This document shows positions 1 through 9,088 of a stretch of 64,000 nt of DNA, piece after piece. The first letter of the stretch is position 1. Each line of letters begins with the position of its first letter. Origin of the DNA: a virus; IMG/VR virus record IMGVR_UViG_3300035704_000396, positions 6,651 through 70,650 of that record, one strand, 5' to 3'. The position numbers were made by a program, and so were the translations under genes. The notes under the pieces were generated by a model that was given only the letters and a program-made list of their open reading frames with translations, was not told the origin of the DNA and did no database searches.

Positions 1-169
1 CCACCCAGGCGATGTAGCCGCCGCAGTACTTGGCGGTGGGCGTGGCGTGCGGGCCCGGCGGGTGGTGTTCGATCAGGCCGACCACGCGGCCGTCCTGTTC
101 GGTCCAGACGAACGAGTGGCCATCGCCCAGGTCGTGTTCGTGGTCGCGGGCCAGGTAGGTGGTCGGCAT
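1..169 (-). CDS. hypothetical phage-type protein, partial (runs off window start)
   Basis: Manual translation from ATG at 169: MPTTYLARDHEHDLGDGHSFVWTEQDGRVVGLIEHHPPGPHATPTAKYCGGYIAWV; follows the peptidase stop in the same orientation. Confidence 0.65.
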   Translation of the reverse strand, partial: MPTTYLARDHEHDLGDGHSFVWTEQDGRVVGLIEHHPPGPHATPTAKYCGGYIAWV

Positions 170-184
170 GTCAGGCCGCCCTGC

Positions 185-925
185 TCACATCACCGGTTGG
201 ACGACGTCCCCGCCCAGATGCAGCAGCAGGTCGACCTGGTCCCAGGTGAACGTGGCCGATCCGCCCACCGCCCAGGCGTCGCCCCACGAGTTGTCCATCT
301 TCACCTTGCGGTTGGCCACGTCGATCGCCGAGCACACGAACTGGTGGCCCCCGGCCAGGCCGGAGTCCTGGTCGACGTCCATCGACCCGTCCGAGTTGGG
401 GGTGAACATGGATTGGAACCAGGGCACCCCGAACGACACCGGGCCGGCGACCAGCAGTTGCAGCATCGTGTTCAGGTCGGTGGTGTGCTGCCAGGAGGTG
501 ATCCACCCGTTGCGCTGCAACGCCATCATCGACCACGGCCCGGACGATCCGGTGTCGGTGGGCGGGTAGTGGCCGGGGATCTGCGAGTCGTCGATGCGGG
601 TTTCGAGTTCGTACAGCGAGACGCAGGCCGGTTCGGTGAAGTTCCATCCGGTTCGGTGGTAGGGCTCGGTCATCAGCACGCCCAGCGCGCCGTTGGCGGT
701 GCAGGAGCCGATCTTGCCCTGGTTCCAGATGGTGGTGAGCCGTTGGTGGGCGGCGTCGGCCAGTTCGGCGTCGCCGTCGCGTTGGGCGGCCAGTTCGGGC
801 AGCAGCAGCTGGTGCATCTGGTGGCGGCCCAGCCGGAACGGGTTGGTCGGATCTTCCAGCAGCACCCGGAACAGCGGGTTGCGCGGCGCCTCGGTGGCCT
901 GCTCGGTCGTGTCGGTGGACATCAT
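185..925 (-). CDS. papain-like (C1 family) cysteine peptidase
   Basis: NQGKIGSC (catalytic Cys), GGHQ (His) and DNSWG (Asn) papain motifs in the correct order. Confidence 0.85.
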   Translation of the reverse strand: MMSTDTTEQATEAPRNPLFRVLLEDPTNPFRLGRHQMHQLLLPELAAQRDGDAELADAAHQRLTTIWNQGKIGSCTANGALGVLMTEPYHRTGWNFTEPACVSLYELETRIDDSQIPGHYPPTDTGSSGPWSMMALQRNGWITSWQHTTDLNTMLQLLVAGPVSFGVPWFQSMFTPNSDGSMDVDQDSGLAGGHQFVCSAIDVANRKVKMDNSWGDAWAVGGSATFTWDQVDLLLHLGGDVVQPVM

Positions 926-950
926 TGCTGGTGGGGCCCTTCCTGTCGGG

Positions 951-1559
951 TTACTGGCAGACGGTGCGCGGTGGCGCCGGGTAGGGGTGTTCGGCCTGCT
1001 GTCGTTTCAGCGCGGCCCGTTTGGCCTGGTACTGGGCGATGGCCCGTTGGAAGTCGCCGGCGCCGACCTGCCCGCCGTGCAGTGCCGCGCCGACCGCGGT
1101 GACCAGTTGGTCCAGGGCGTCCTGCGCGGTGGCCGAGGCCGTGGAGCGGGCGTCGATGGCGTCGGCCAGCCGGTTGCTGTAGCTGGACTGGCAGTGGGTG
1201 AGCCGCTGGGTGGCCTGGCCTTCGACGACGCCTTGGGCGACGGTGGCGATGGCCAGCAGCAGCACCACGATCGCGGTCATCCGCTGGCTGGTGACACGGT
1301 CCAGGCGGCGGGCCCAGCGCCGGGCCCGCCGCTCTGGCTGCGGCGGCGGCGATGCTGGCGGCTGGTCGGGCGTGGATGGCATGTCAGGGCCTCCGCTGGC
1401 GTGCCCGGGTCGGTCCGGTGTGGTCGGCGGTTCGGGTTGGACGGCCTGGGCGATGTGGCGGACGTCGCGGGCGGTGCGGCCCACCACCAGGCCGCCGACG
1501 AACCCGGCGCCGGCCCAACCGGCCGACTGGACCAGGTAGGCGATCGGGGCGGTCATCAC
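951..1559 (-). CDS. membrane protein, possible lysis accessory
   Basis: Two hydrophobic segments; overlaps the stop of the upstream ORF; lies next to the peptidase. Confidence 0.6.
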   Translation of the reverse strand: MMTAPIAYLVQSAGWAGAGFVGGLVVGRTARDVRHIAQAVQPEPPTTPDRPGHASGGPDMPSTPDQPPASPPPQPERRARRWARRLDRVTSQRMTAIVVLLLAIATVAQGVVEGQATQRLTHCQSSYSNRLADAIDARSTASATAQDALDQLVTAVGAALHGGQVGAGDFQRAIAQYQAKRAALKRQQAEHPYPAPPRTVCQ

Positions 1560-1942
1560 CGCTCCCCCACGTCATCGGCGGTCTCCTGGCCGGGTCGAGC
1601 GCCGGGCCGATCGCCCGGTGGGTGTTCGGGTGGGTGTTGGCTGTGGTTGCGGGTGGGCGGGTCGCTGCTGCGCCGGTGCGGATGGCGCTCCGGGCCGTAT
1701 GCCTCCGCCGGTTCGTCCGGCTCGTCCTGGTCGCCGGCGATGAGCCGTCCAAGTCGCCGGCGCGCGTCCTTCAATCCGTCCTCGCGCTTTCCCACTGCGA
1801 AGACGGCACCCACCGCCAGCGCGAAGACCGCGTTGATGCTGGGGTCGTGCCGGCTGGGGTCGATGAAGCCGATCACGACGTTGCCGGCCCATACCGCCGC
1901 GATGAGCAACGTCAGCGCGATCATCAGCGGTCGCGGCAGCAT
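1556..1942 (-). CDS. small two-TM membrane protein (holin-like candidate)
   Basis: Two hydrophobic helices then a charged tail; translationally coupled. Confidence 0.55.
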   Translation of the reverse strand: MLPRPLMIALTLLIAAVWAGNVVIGFIDPSRHDPSINAVFALAVGAVFAVGKREDGLKDARRRLGRLIAGDQDEPDEPAEAYGPERHPHRRSSDPPTRNHSQHPPEHPPGDRPGARPGQETADDVGER

Positions 1943-1948
1943 GGCCGG

Positions 1949-2248
1949 TCACCGCCGCCGTCTGCGGTGGGCGACCACGACGGCGACCAGACCGAACGCG
2001 ATTCCCGTGCTGTTGAGCCACAACCGGTAGGTCACCGGCGCGCCGACGTGTGTCCATTCTGTGCCGATGGCACTGGCACACAGCAACGCCAGCGCCAGGT
2101 AGCCCAGCCGCAGCTGCGGTGTCGTGTCCTCCGGGTCGATGAGTCTTGCCCCAGCCCCGGCCGCCAACATGCAGCCACCCAGCACGCAGAACACACGCAG
2201 CACGTCGGCGAAGGCAAGCCACGGGGTGGCGAACGGGGTGTGGGTCAC
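1949..2248 (-). CDS. small three-TM membrane protein (holin-like candidate)
   Basis: Three hydrophobic segments, poly-Arg C-terminus, GGAGG RBS. Confidence 0.55.
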   Translation of the reverse strand: MTHTPFATPWLAFADVLRVFCVLGGCMLAAGAGARLIDPEDTTPQLRLGYLALALLCASAIGTEWTHVGAPVTYRLWLNSTGIAFGLVAVVVAHRRRRR

Positions 2249-2353
2249 CGGGTTCCTCCCGGATCGGGACGGGGCACAGGCGGGTGTCGACGGCTGCCCA
2301 GGCCGGGGATGGCCGGCCTGGGCAGCGTCCTGGTGGTGGGCGGTTGTGCACGG

Positions 2354-3220
2354 TCACCGGCCCACCCCCGCCGGCGGCGGGCCGGCCCGGCCGCTCGAAG
2401 CGGGGGTGGGCACGGTGACCGTGGCGGTGGTGGTCGCCGAGTGGTCGCCGATGTCGGTGAGGGTCACCGTGTAGGTGCCGGCCGCGGTGTAGGTGTGCTG
2501 CACCGGCAGCGGCACGACGGCCGTGTCCACCATGTTGGTGTCGCCCCAGTGCAGTGCGGCGCCGTAGGCGCCGAACCCGGCCGGGGTGACGGTGACCGTC
2601 ATCGGGTCGCTGGTGGAGGGTTGCACCGTCAGGCTCAGCTGCAGCGGGCAGCAGTTGCCCCGCACCAGTTGCGCGGTCAGCACGGTGGCGGCGCAGCCGC
2701 CGTCCGGGCCGTCGTGGTGCAGGCTGACGATCTGCCAGTTGACGCCCTGTTGGCCCAGCGGGCCGCACAGAAACGCCCGGTGCAGCGCCATCGCGTCCTG
2801 CACCATGCCGAAGGCGTACCCGTCGACGGTGGCGACGTCCGGCGCGGCGGCGGTCGGGTCCAGGGTGGGGGCACAGCGGTGCACCCCCAACTCCACGGTC
2901 AACAACAATTCGCCGGTGTTGCAGTTGCTGGGCACCCGGTTCAGACCGGACACCCCCAGCTCTGTGGTGGCATTGGTCATCCGCAGCCACGCCGAGCCCT
3001 GCCCGGCCGGCTGGGACGGGTCGTCCTCGCAGGTGCAGTCGCACCAGTCGGCCGGCATCGGGGTGTTGCCGGCGTAGATGACGAACACGCACACCGGCCG
3101 CTGGCTGATGCCCAGCTGGGCGGCGGCGGACAGCCGCAGCTGTTCCAGCACGGGCCACAGCACCGGTTCGGTGTCGGCCATGGTGGGGGCGTCGGCCTGG
3201 TCGGGCGGGCCGGCGGTCAT
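2354..3220 (-). CDS. tail terminator-like protein with C-terminal PKD/Ig-like domain
   Basis: ATGA overlap at 3217-3220; GQGSAWLR, ELGVHRC and GPDGGC motifs typical of actinophage neck proteins; HWGD...HTYTAAGTYTVTLT is a PKD signature. Confidence 0.65.
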   Translation of the reverse strand: MTAGPPDQADAPTMADTEPVLWPVLEQLRLSAAAQLGISQRPVCVFVIYAGNTPMPADWCDCTCEDDPSQPAGQGSAWLRMTNATTELGVSGLNRVPSNCNTGELLLTVELGVHRCAPTLDPTAAAPDVATVDGYAFGMVQDAMALHRAFLCGPLGQQGVNWQIVSLHHDGPDGGCAATVLTAQLVRGNCCPLQLSLTVQPSTSDPMTVTVTPAGFGAYGAALHWGDTNMVDTAVVPLPVQHTYTAAGTYTVTLTDIGDHSATTTATVTVPTPASSGRAGPPPAGVGR

Positions 3221-4206
3221 GGTGTGCTGTCCGGGGTGTAGACGCCGGTGGTGGCCACCGACACCGGGCCGGGCAGGTCCGGGGAGTAGACGGCGGCCGG
3301 CGAGCGGTGCCGGTAGGGGTTGGCCGCCACCACCCACAGGTCCACCTCGGTGATCCCCGTCCGCCCCTCGTCCAGGAAGGACTGCGGGTCGATCTGGTAG
3401 GACACGCCCTGCCGTTGGATTTCGGTGACCCGCGCGGTGATCCGGCAGGCGGCGCCGGTGCACGCGGCGACCAGTTCGGCGGCGAAGATGGCGGCGGCGC
3501 GGCGGCCGCCGGTGGGCACCGGGTGGCCCCGCCAGAAGCTGATGCCGAACGTGCCCTCCTGCGACAGGGGCCGGTCCAGGTGTTGGCTGACCGGCCAGCG
3601 GCCGCCGTCGGTGCGGCCCAGCCGGTCGCCGTTGCCCAGCCACAGCAGCGTTTCGTCGACGGCCAGGCCGTCGACGGTGACGGTGATGCCGCAGCGGGGC
3701 ATCCCGTCGGGGGCGGGCGGCGTGTCGGGTGGCTGCCAGAACACCGGGCCGGGCAGCGGCACCTGGGCGACCGGGCCGCAGCCGCACAGGTCCGGGTCGG
3801 GGTGGTGGCAGCCGATGCGCAGCCACGATTGGCCGCCGGGTAGCGCCGGGTTGAGGTCCAGGCCCGGCCGCCGGCCGTGGAACAGCCGCGGCGGCCGGCA
3901 GGGCCGCACCGTTTCCCGGCACAGCCCGTAGCGGCCGGCGGTCAGGCGCCACAGGATCTCGGAGGCGGTTTCGGCGGCGGCGCATTGCACCGCGTTCCAG
4001 GTGGCCGGGTCGGCGGGCAGCTGCGAACAGCTGGCGTCCAACGGCCAGGTCCGGCACGGCCCGCCGGCGGCCGGGTCCAGCGCCCAGGTGCCGTCGGGTT
4101 GCAGATCCGGCCTGTTCGGCGCCGGGGTGTCGGTGCGCACCGACCCGGGCGGGGTGGTGGGCGTCGACGGGGTCCAGCCGGGTCGCCGCCCGGTGGGCCG
4201 GGTCAT
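3217..4206 (-). CDS. head-to-tail adaptor
   Basis: LWRLTAGRYGLC..TVRPC, RQGVS and TGITEVDLWV..ANP motifs; position after the major tail gene. Confidence 0.75.
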   Translation of the reverse strand: MTRPTGRRPGWTPSTPTTPPGSVRTDTPAPNRPDLQPDGTWALDPAAGGPCRTWPLDASCSQLPADPATWNAVQCAAAETASEILWRLTAGRYGLCRETVRPCRPPRLFHGRRPGLDLNPALPGGQSWLRIGCHHPDPDLCGCGPVAQVPLPGPVFWQPPDTPPAPDGMPRCGITVTVDGLAVDETLLWLGNGDRLGRTDGGRWPVSQHLDRPLSQEGTFGISFWRGHPVPTGGRRAAAIFAAELVAACTGAACRITARVTEIQRQGVSYQIDPQSFLDEGRTGITEVDLWVVAANPYRHRSPAAVYSPDLPGPVSVATTGVYTPDSTP

Positions 4207-5384
4207 CCGGTGCGGCGCCGGCCGCCGCCCTTGCCGCCGGTGTCGCCGCCCGGTTTGGCACCGCCGCTCGGGCCGGCCGGGCTGGCCTCGGAGCTGCTGT
4301 CGGCGGCCGTGTCGGCGGCCGTGTCCGGTTGTTCCAGGCCGGACGCGGCCGGGGTGAACGTGGTGGACACCGGCGTCGCCCCGTTGCCCGGGGTGAACGT
4401 GATGGTCTGTTCGATGCCGGCCTGGTCGGCGGCGTAGGCGTGGCTGGCGACGCCGACGGTGGCGGCCAGCATCGCCGCGATCGTGCCGTCACCCCAGTCG
4501 ACGGTGCCCGCATTGCCCACCAGGGCGAAGTTGGACACGGTCAGGGTGGCCGAGAGGGTGTCGCCGACGGTGGGTGCGGCCGCGAGCTGCGGCGCGGTCG
4601 CGCTGGGGTTCCACAGCGGCCGGCCGCCGCAGGTGGTCACGGGCGGGGCGACGGTGACCAGTTCGCCGTGGAAGTGGTCCGGGTCCGAGGAGACCAGGTC
4701 GATGGCCGGCCAGTCGAAGCCGGGGTCGATCGGGTCCAGCAGCGGCGCGGGCATGCCGTCGATGTCGCGGGTCACGTTGTAGGGGCCGTGTCCCCACAGG
4801 CTGCCCGGCTTGGTCTTGCCTTTGAGCTTGAAGCTCATCGGATTGTTTTCCACGGTCAGGCTGTCCATGCCCAGGGCGATGCAGTAGGGCAGCAGGAAGT
4901 AGCCGCACACCTGGAAGGTGGGGTCGTTGGGGTCGCCGGTCAGGCACGCCTGCCCGGCGCCGGGCCCGGTCACCTTGGGCCACAGTTCCAGGGCGTAGCC
5001 CAACGTGTTGGACACCTGCTGGCCGATGCGGAACCCGGTGGCGGTGCGCCGGGAGGCGTCGGTGACCGTCTTCCAGGTCCGGTTGAGCATCACGTACAGC
5101 GCCGGATCCACCTGGCAGAACTCGAAGTTCAACGCGATGTACTTCACGTTGTCCGGGCCGCGGTCGTTGATGCACAGCTCACCGGCGGCGTTCTTGGCGC
5201 TGTAGTCGTCGCCGTCCTCCACCTCCGGTGCCAGCTCCACCGACACGAACCCCGACGACACCACCTGGCTGTTGGGGCCGTATACGGGTCGCCCGCAGGC
5301 GTCGACCAGGGTGGCGCGCATCCGGCTGGCGCCGATGTAACCGGCACACAGGGCGGCGGGCACGGGCAGCGTGGGAGCGGTCAT
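4203..5384 (-). CDS. major tail protein with C-terminal PKD-like domain
   Basis: Start MTAPTLP coupled (TGATG); RATLVDACG, SGFVSV, KNAAGELC, FCQVDP and ALELW motifs; C-terminal VDWGDGT. Confidence 0.8.
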   Translation of the reverse strand: MTAPTLPVPAALCAGYIGASRMRATLVDACGRPVYGPNSQVVSSGFVSVELAPEVEDGDDYSAKNAAGELCINDRGPDNVKYIALNFEFCQVDPALYVMLNRTWKTVTDASRRTATGFRIGQQVSNTLGYALELWPKVTGPGAGQACLTGDPNDPTFQVCGYFLLPYCIALGMDSLTVENNPMSFKLKGKTKPGSLWGHGPYNVTRDIDGMPAPLLDPIDPGFDWPAIDLVSSDPDHFHGELVTVAPPVTTCGGRPLWNPSATAPQLAAAPTVGDTLSATLTVSNFALVGNAGTVDWGDGTIAAMLAATVGVASHAYAADQAGIEQTITFTPGNGATPVSTTFTPAASGLEQPDTAADTAADSSSEASPAGPSGGAKPGGDTGGKGGGRRRTG

Positions 5385-6331
5385 CAGATCTCCTCGGCCG
5401 GGTCGGTGGCGCCGATGTGGCCGGGGGGGGCGCCCCGACCGGCGACATCGGCTGTGATGGGGGTTTGGTTCAGGGCGGCCACGAACCCGGGCCGTGTCAG
5501 CGTGGTTTTGGCGGCCGCGGTGCCGCCGGCCCAGTCGGCGACGTAGAGCCGCTCGGACAGCAGGGAACCCAGGTTCTGGCTGCGGTCGAACGCGCCGCTG
5601 GCCCATTCGCCCGGTTCGATGATCGGTCCACGGCGGACGGTGACCTGGCCGGTGGCGTACAGCCATAGCGCGCCGTCGTCGGGGTCGGTGACCGAGGTGG
5701 GCGGCGTGGCCGGGTAGCCGGCGCCGAACACCCACGTCGACCCGAGCAGGGTGGAGGCGGTGGGGCCGGCGACGAACACCTGCCGCTGCTCGCGCAGCCG
5801 GGGCGCTGACCACAGCGGGGCGTGCAGCACACCCACGCAGCCGGTGTCGGCCAGCCACTGTTCGAGTTGGCCGACCGCGTCGACCAGCTCCAGGGCGGCG
5901 CCGCCGGCCACCACGTCGGCGGCGGCCAGGTTGGGCTGGTTGCCCAGCAACCCGGTGAACACCACCTGTTCGACCGCGGTTTCCTCGCCGGCGGTGAACC
6001 GCTGCCGCAGCTGGCGGCGGGCCACCAGTGGGTCGCGGCCCAGGACACACCGGTCGGCCGCATACACCGCGAACGGGGTGCCGGTGACCGTGCTGGTGGT
6101 CTGCTGCGCCAGTTTCTGGCCGTCGGGCAGACCGTCGGGCACGGTCGGTTCACACGAGGCCGGCCAGGGCGCCACCGCCGCCGAGGTGACCGCCTCGTAT
6201 TCGACGCCCAGCAGGGCGTGCGGTTCGACGTTTTCCAGCAGCGCGGCGGCGACGAACAGGCCGAACCGGTGCGGGCCGGCAGCAGGTGGGCTGTCGACCA
6301 GCATCCGGGGCGCCGCCACCGGCACGGACAT
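5384..6331 (-). CDS. second capsid protein (pentamer-type)
   Basis: FGLF, PFAVYA, GEE..VE, GVLH, WVFGAGY, WLYATG and ERLYV motifs; between major capsid and major tail. Confidence 0.65.
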   Translation of the reverse strand: MSVPVAAPRMLVDSPPAAGPHRFGLFVAAALLENVEPHALLGVEYEAVTSAAVAPWPASCEPTVPDGLPDGQKLAQQTTSTVTGTPFAVYAADRCVLGRDPLVARRQLRQRFTAGEETAVEQVVFTGLLGNQPNLAAADVVAGGAALELVDAVGQLEQWLADTGCVGVLHAPLWSAPRLREQRQVFVAGPTASTLLGSTWVFGAGYPATPPTSVTDPDDGALWLYATGQVTVRRGPIIEPGEWASGAFDRSQNLGSLLSERLYVADWAGGTAAAKTTLTRPGFVAALNQTPITADVAGRGAPPGHIGATDPAEEI

Positions 6332-6343
6332 CGGCGTGGCGCC

Positions 6344-8647
6344 TTACTTGCCGCGGCGGTTGGTCGGCCTGGTCGTGGCCGCCTTGGCCGGCCCGCCGCC
6401 GTCACCGTCGCCGCCGTCGTTGCCCGTCTGCGCGTCGGCGTCCGCGGCGGCGTCGCCGCTGTCGACGCGGTCGCCGGTGGCCGGGTCGTCGGCCGGGGTG
6501 GGTGACACGACGATGTTGCGCGTGGAATCGGCTGTCTCACCGGTGTTGCCGCTGCTGATGTTGACCAGGCCGGCGGTGGGCGGCGGGCAGATGTCGCGGG
6601 CCGGGCCGACCGCGCCGTTGGTGCACAGGTCGGTCAACTGCACGAGGAACGTCCGGTTGCACCGGTTGATCAACATCCAGGCGTCTTCGGTGAACGAGCT
6701 GCTGTACTTGTTCTCCTGCAGCAGCTGCGCGTCGTACTGCACGCCCAGGGTGAGCACGTTGCCCTGCGAGAGCACCCACGATCCTGCCGGGTAGGCCATG
6801 ATGTTGACGGTGGTGGGCCATCCGGCGGGCGGCATGATCCGCCCACCCACGGCGGCGCCGTCACCCAGTTCCTGCCAGTCACGCACCCACTGCACCCGCG
6901 AGCTGTACTGGGCGAACAGGGCGGCGACCTCGGCGTCGGCCACCGCGCCGAAGGGCCTGTTCCGCTTGAGCTCCAGGTCCCGCTTGACGAAGTCCTTGAA
7001 CCACTCCGGAAGCACGACCTCCAACGTGGCGTTGGGCGCCATCTTGTAGCGGTTGCGGAACCACACGAGCAGCAGCCGCAGCCGGTCCACCGCCTCCACT
7101 GCCACCGACCCGGTCGCCGTGTCCGCTCCCGACACCGAGAACGCCGGCAGCACATCGGAGTTGGCCCCGATGTAGGCCAGGTAGGTCGAGTTCATGAAGT
7201 GGTTGTGGTGCACCAGCACGTCGGAGGCGAACCGTTCCTGGCCTTCCGGGAACGTGCGGTCGCGCAGGATGTCCGACTCGATGGACAGGTAGGCCAGGCT
7301 GGCGCGGACTTCCCGCCACGTCACACACGGCCCGGTGATCGACATCTTGACGTTGCCCAGGCCGTCCCCGGGCGGGGTGTCGTCCGCGGCGTGGTGGAAG
7401 TAGGTCGGGTTGTCCAGGCCCGCGCCGGGGCTGGCCGGCGCGGCCGGGTAGGTGATGGCGGTGCCGTGCCAGCCGTTGCGGGTGGCGTCGGCGGACTGGT
7501 CGGGGTATTGCGTCCACTGTGGAAACCGGATGCCGCCGCGGGCGGGCATGCCGGTGGTGGGCAGGTCCAGCATGCCGTCGTCGGTGGCCATCGGCGGACA
7601 CAACGTGTAGTCCGTCTCCGAGGGGGTGCACCACACGTCGTTGATGGTCGAGGGCGCCGTGTCGGCCGCGGTCAACGCGCGCTGCACGGCCGCCACCAGC
7701 GACCCGCCGGGCAGCCGCCGCTCGTCGGCCACGTCGTCCAGGGTGCGGATGTCCCGGTTGTCGCCCATCAGCCGCCGATCCTCGGCGAAATGCCGGGTGA
7801 TGCGGGCGACGTTGGCTTTGATCGGCGCCGACGCGGCCTGCCCGACGGGCAGCGCGGCGAACCGGGCGCAGGCGGCCTCGCCCAGCTCCCGCACCGTCAA
7901 CTGCTGCCCGAACGTGAAATCGGTGTTCTCGGCCGATGCGGTGATCGAGTAGGACCGGGTGATCCGTGCCGGCGCCGGGTCGGCGGGCGGCGCACCCCGG
8001 CCGGACGCGACCGCGGCGGCGGTCGGGGTGCGCCGCGGCACAGGCGGCGGGGGCGCCGAGGCGGCCACCGGCAGCACGTCAGTGGCCGGCTCGGCGGTCT
8101 GTGGTGGGTCCACGGTCGGGGCGGCGGGGGCATCGCCGCCCCGAGCCGTGGACTGCGAACCTGGTGCCGGCTCGGCGCGCTGCGCGGCTGCGCCGGCCCC
8201 ACCAGGTCCCTCGGCCGGGTGTGGGGTCGCCTCGGGAAGCCCGTCGGGAGCCACCTGGCCGGCTTCCCTGGCGCCCTGACCGCCGGGCTGTTGGCCCTCG
8301 CCGGCCGGGTCCTGGACGGGTTCGGCCGGCGACTGGACGCGGTCTGCCAGGGCCGAGACCCGCTGGTCCCTCTCCACCCGTTCCTGATCCCGCTCCAGCT
8401 TCAGCCGGCGCACTGCCTCCGTGACGTCGGCGAGTGCCTCCAGCGTGTCCGCGTCGGCGGGGCGGTAGTCGCCGTCGGCGTAGAGCTCGTTGAACCGCTC
8501 GACGGCGCCACCGTCCAGTTCGGCCAGGTCCACGTCGGGACCGGCCGCCTCGACCAGCGCTGTGTAGACGGCTGCGACCCGCTGTTCACCGGGCGGCGGC
8601 GCGTCCTTGGCGGTGGCAATGCCGAGCAGCTTCTTGAGCAGATCCAC
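6344..8647 (-). CDS. major capsid protein (hexamer-type) with N-terminal scaffold-like extension
   Basis: GTG at 8647 after GGGAGG; coiled-coil plus Pro/Ala linker, then WCTPSETDY.LC, LDLP..RGG, FPE, EVVLPEW, YPAG and FTED motifs. Confidence 0.85.
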   Translation of the reverse strand: MDLLKKLLGIATAKDAPPPGEQRVAAVYTALVEAAGPDVDLAELDGGAVERFNELYADGDYRPADADTLEALADVTEAVRRLKLERDQERVERDQRVSALADRVQSPAEPVQDPAGEGQQPGGQGAREAGQVAPDGLPEATPHPAEGPGGAGAAAQRAEPAPGSQSTARGGDAPAAPTVDPPQTAEPATDVLPVAASAPPPPVPRRTPTAAAVASGRGAPPADPAPARITRSYSITASAENTDFTFGQQLTVRELGEAACARFAALPVGQAASAPIKANVARITRHFAEDRRLMGDNRDIRTLDDVADERRLPGGSLVAAVQRALTAADTAPSTINDVWCTPSETDYTLCPPMATDDGMLDLPTTGMPARGGIRFPQWTQYPDQSADATRNGWHGTAITYPAAPASPGAGLDNPTYFHHAADDTPPGDGLGNVKMSITGPCVTWREVRASLAYLSIESDILRDRTFPEGQERFASDVLVHHNHFMNSTYLAYIGANSDVLPAFSVSGADTATGSVAVEAVDRLRLLLVWFRNRYKMAPNATLEVVLPEWFKDFVKRDLELKRNRPFGAVADAEVAALFAQYSSRVQWVRDWQELGDGAAVGGRIMPPAGWPTTVNIMAYPAGSWVLSQGNVLTLGVQYDAQLLQENKYSSSFTEDAWMLINRCNRTFLVQLTDLCTNGAVGPARDICPPPTAGLVNISSGNTGETADSTRNIVVSPTPADDPATGDRVDSGDAAADADAQTGNDGGDGDGGGPAKAATTRPTNRRGK

Positions 8648-8814
8648 CGTGGGCCTCCCAGACGCACACAGGAACGAGTGTGTGCATCCGGTCACGGTCG
8701 CCAGGCGATGCGAAAAGGCTGTCACCGACCCGCTGCGGGGTTGGGTTGCCTCGTCGCGGAGGATAGCCGCGACCCCCGCACCGGGCGAATCACCCCAGGT
8801 CTGACGCGCCGGGT

Positions 8815-9084
8815 TCACCCATCCGGGGGGTCGTCCACAGTAGCCGCCCCGTAGGCAGCCTCGGCGGCGGTGTCGACGTCGGCGTGGTCGTGCGAGCCCG
8901 GCTCGTGCAGCACGCCGCCGCCGTAGGCGTGGGCCTGGCGGGCCTTCCACTCCTGGTCGAACTCGGCTTGGACGCCGTTGGGGTAGACCACTTTCCACGG
9001 TGCCCGGTTGGGGGGCACCGCTGCCGTGGCCGCCGGTGCCCGGCCAAAGTTGGTCGTGGTGAAACTGCCGCCGCAGCACGCCAT
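8815..9084 (-). CDS. small Cys-start phage protein (MACCGG...)
   Basis: GGAG/GAGG RBS; this type of small gene often sits between head-maturation and capsid genes in actinophages. Confidence 0.65.
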   Translation of the reverse strand: MACCGGSFTTTNFGRAPAATAAVPPNRAPWKVVYPNGVQAEFDQEWKARQAHAYGGGVLHEPGSHDHADVDTAAEAAYGAATVDDPPDG

Positions 9085-9088
9085 GTCC

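Noticed and set aside
8648-9079. N-terminal extension of the 911-aa capsid ORF
   Set aside because: Overlaps the 8815-9084 gene; better RBS and GTG at 8647
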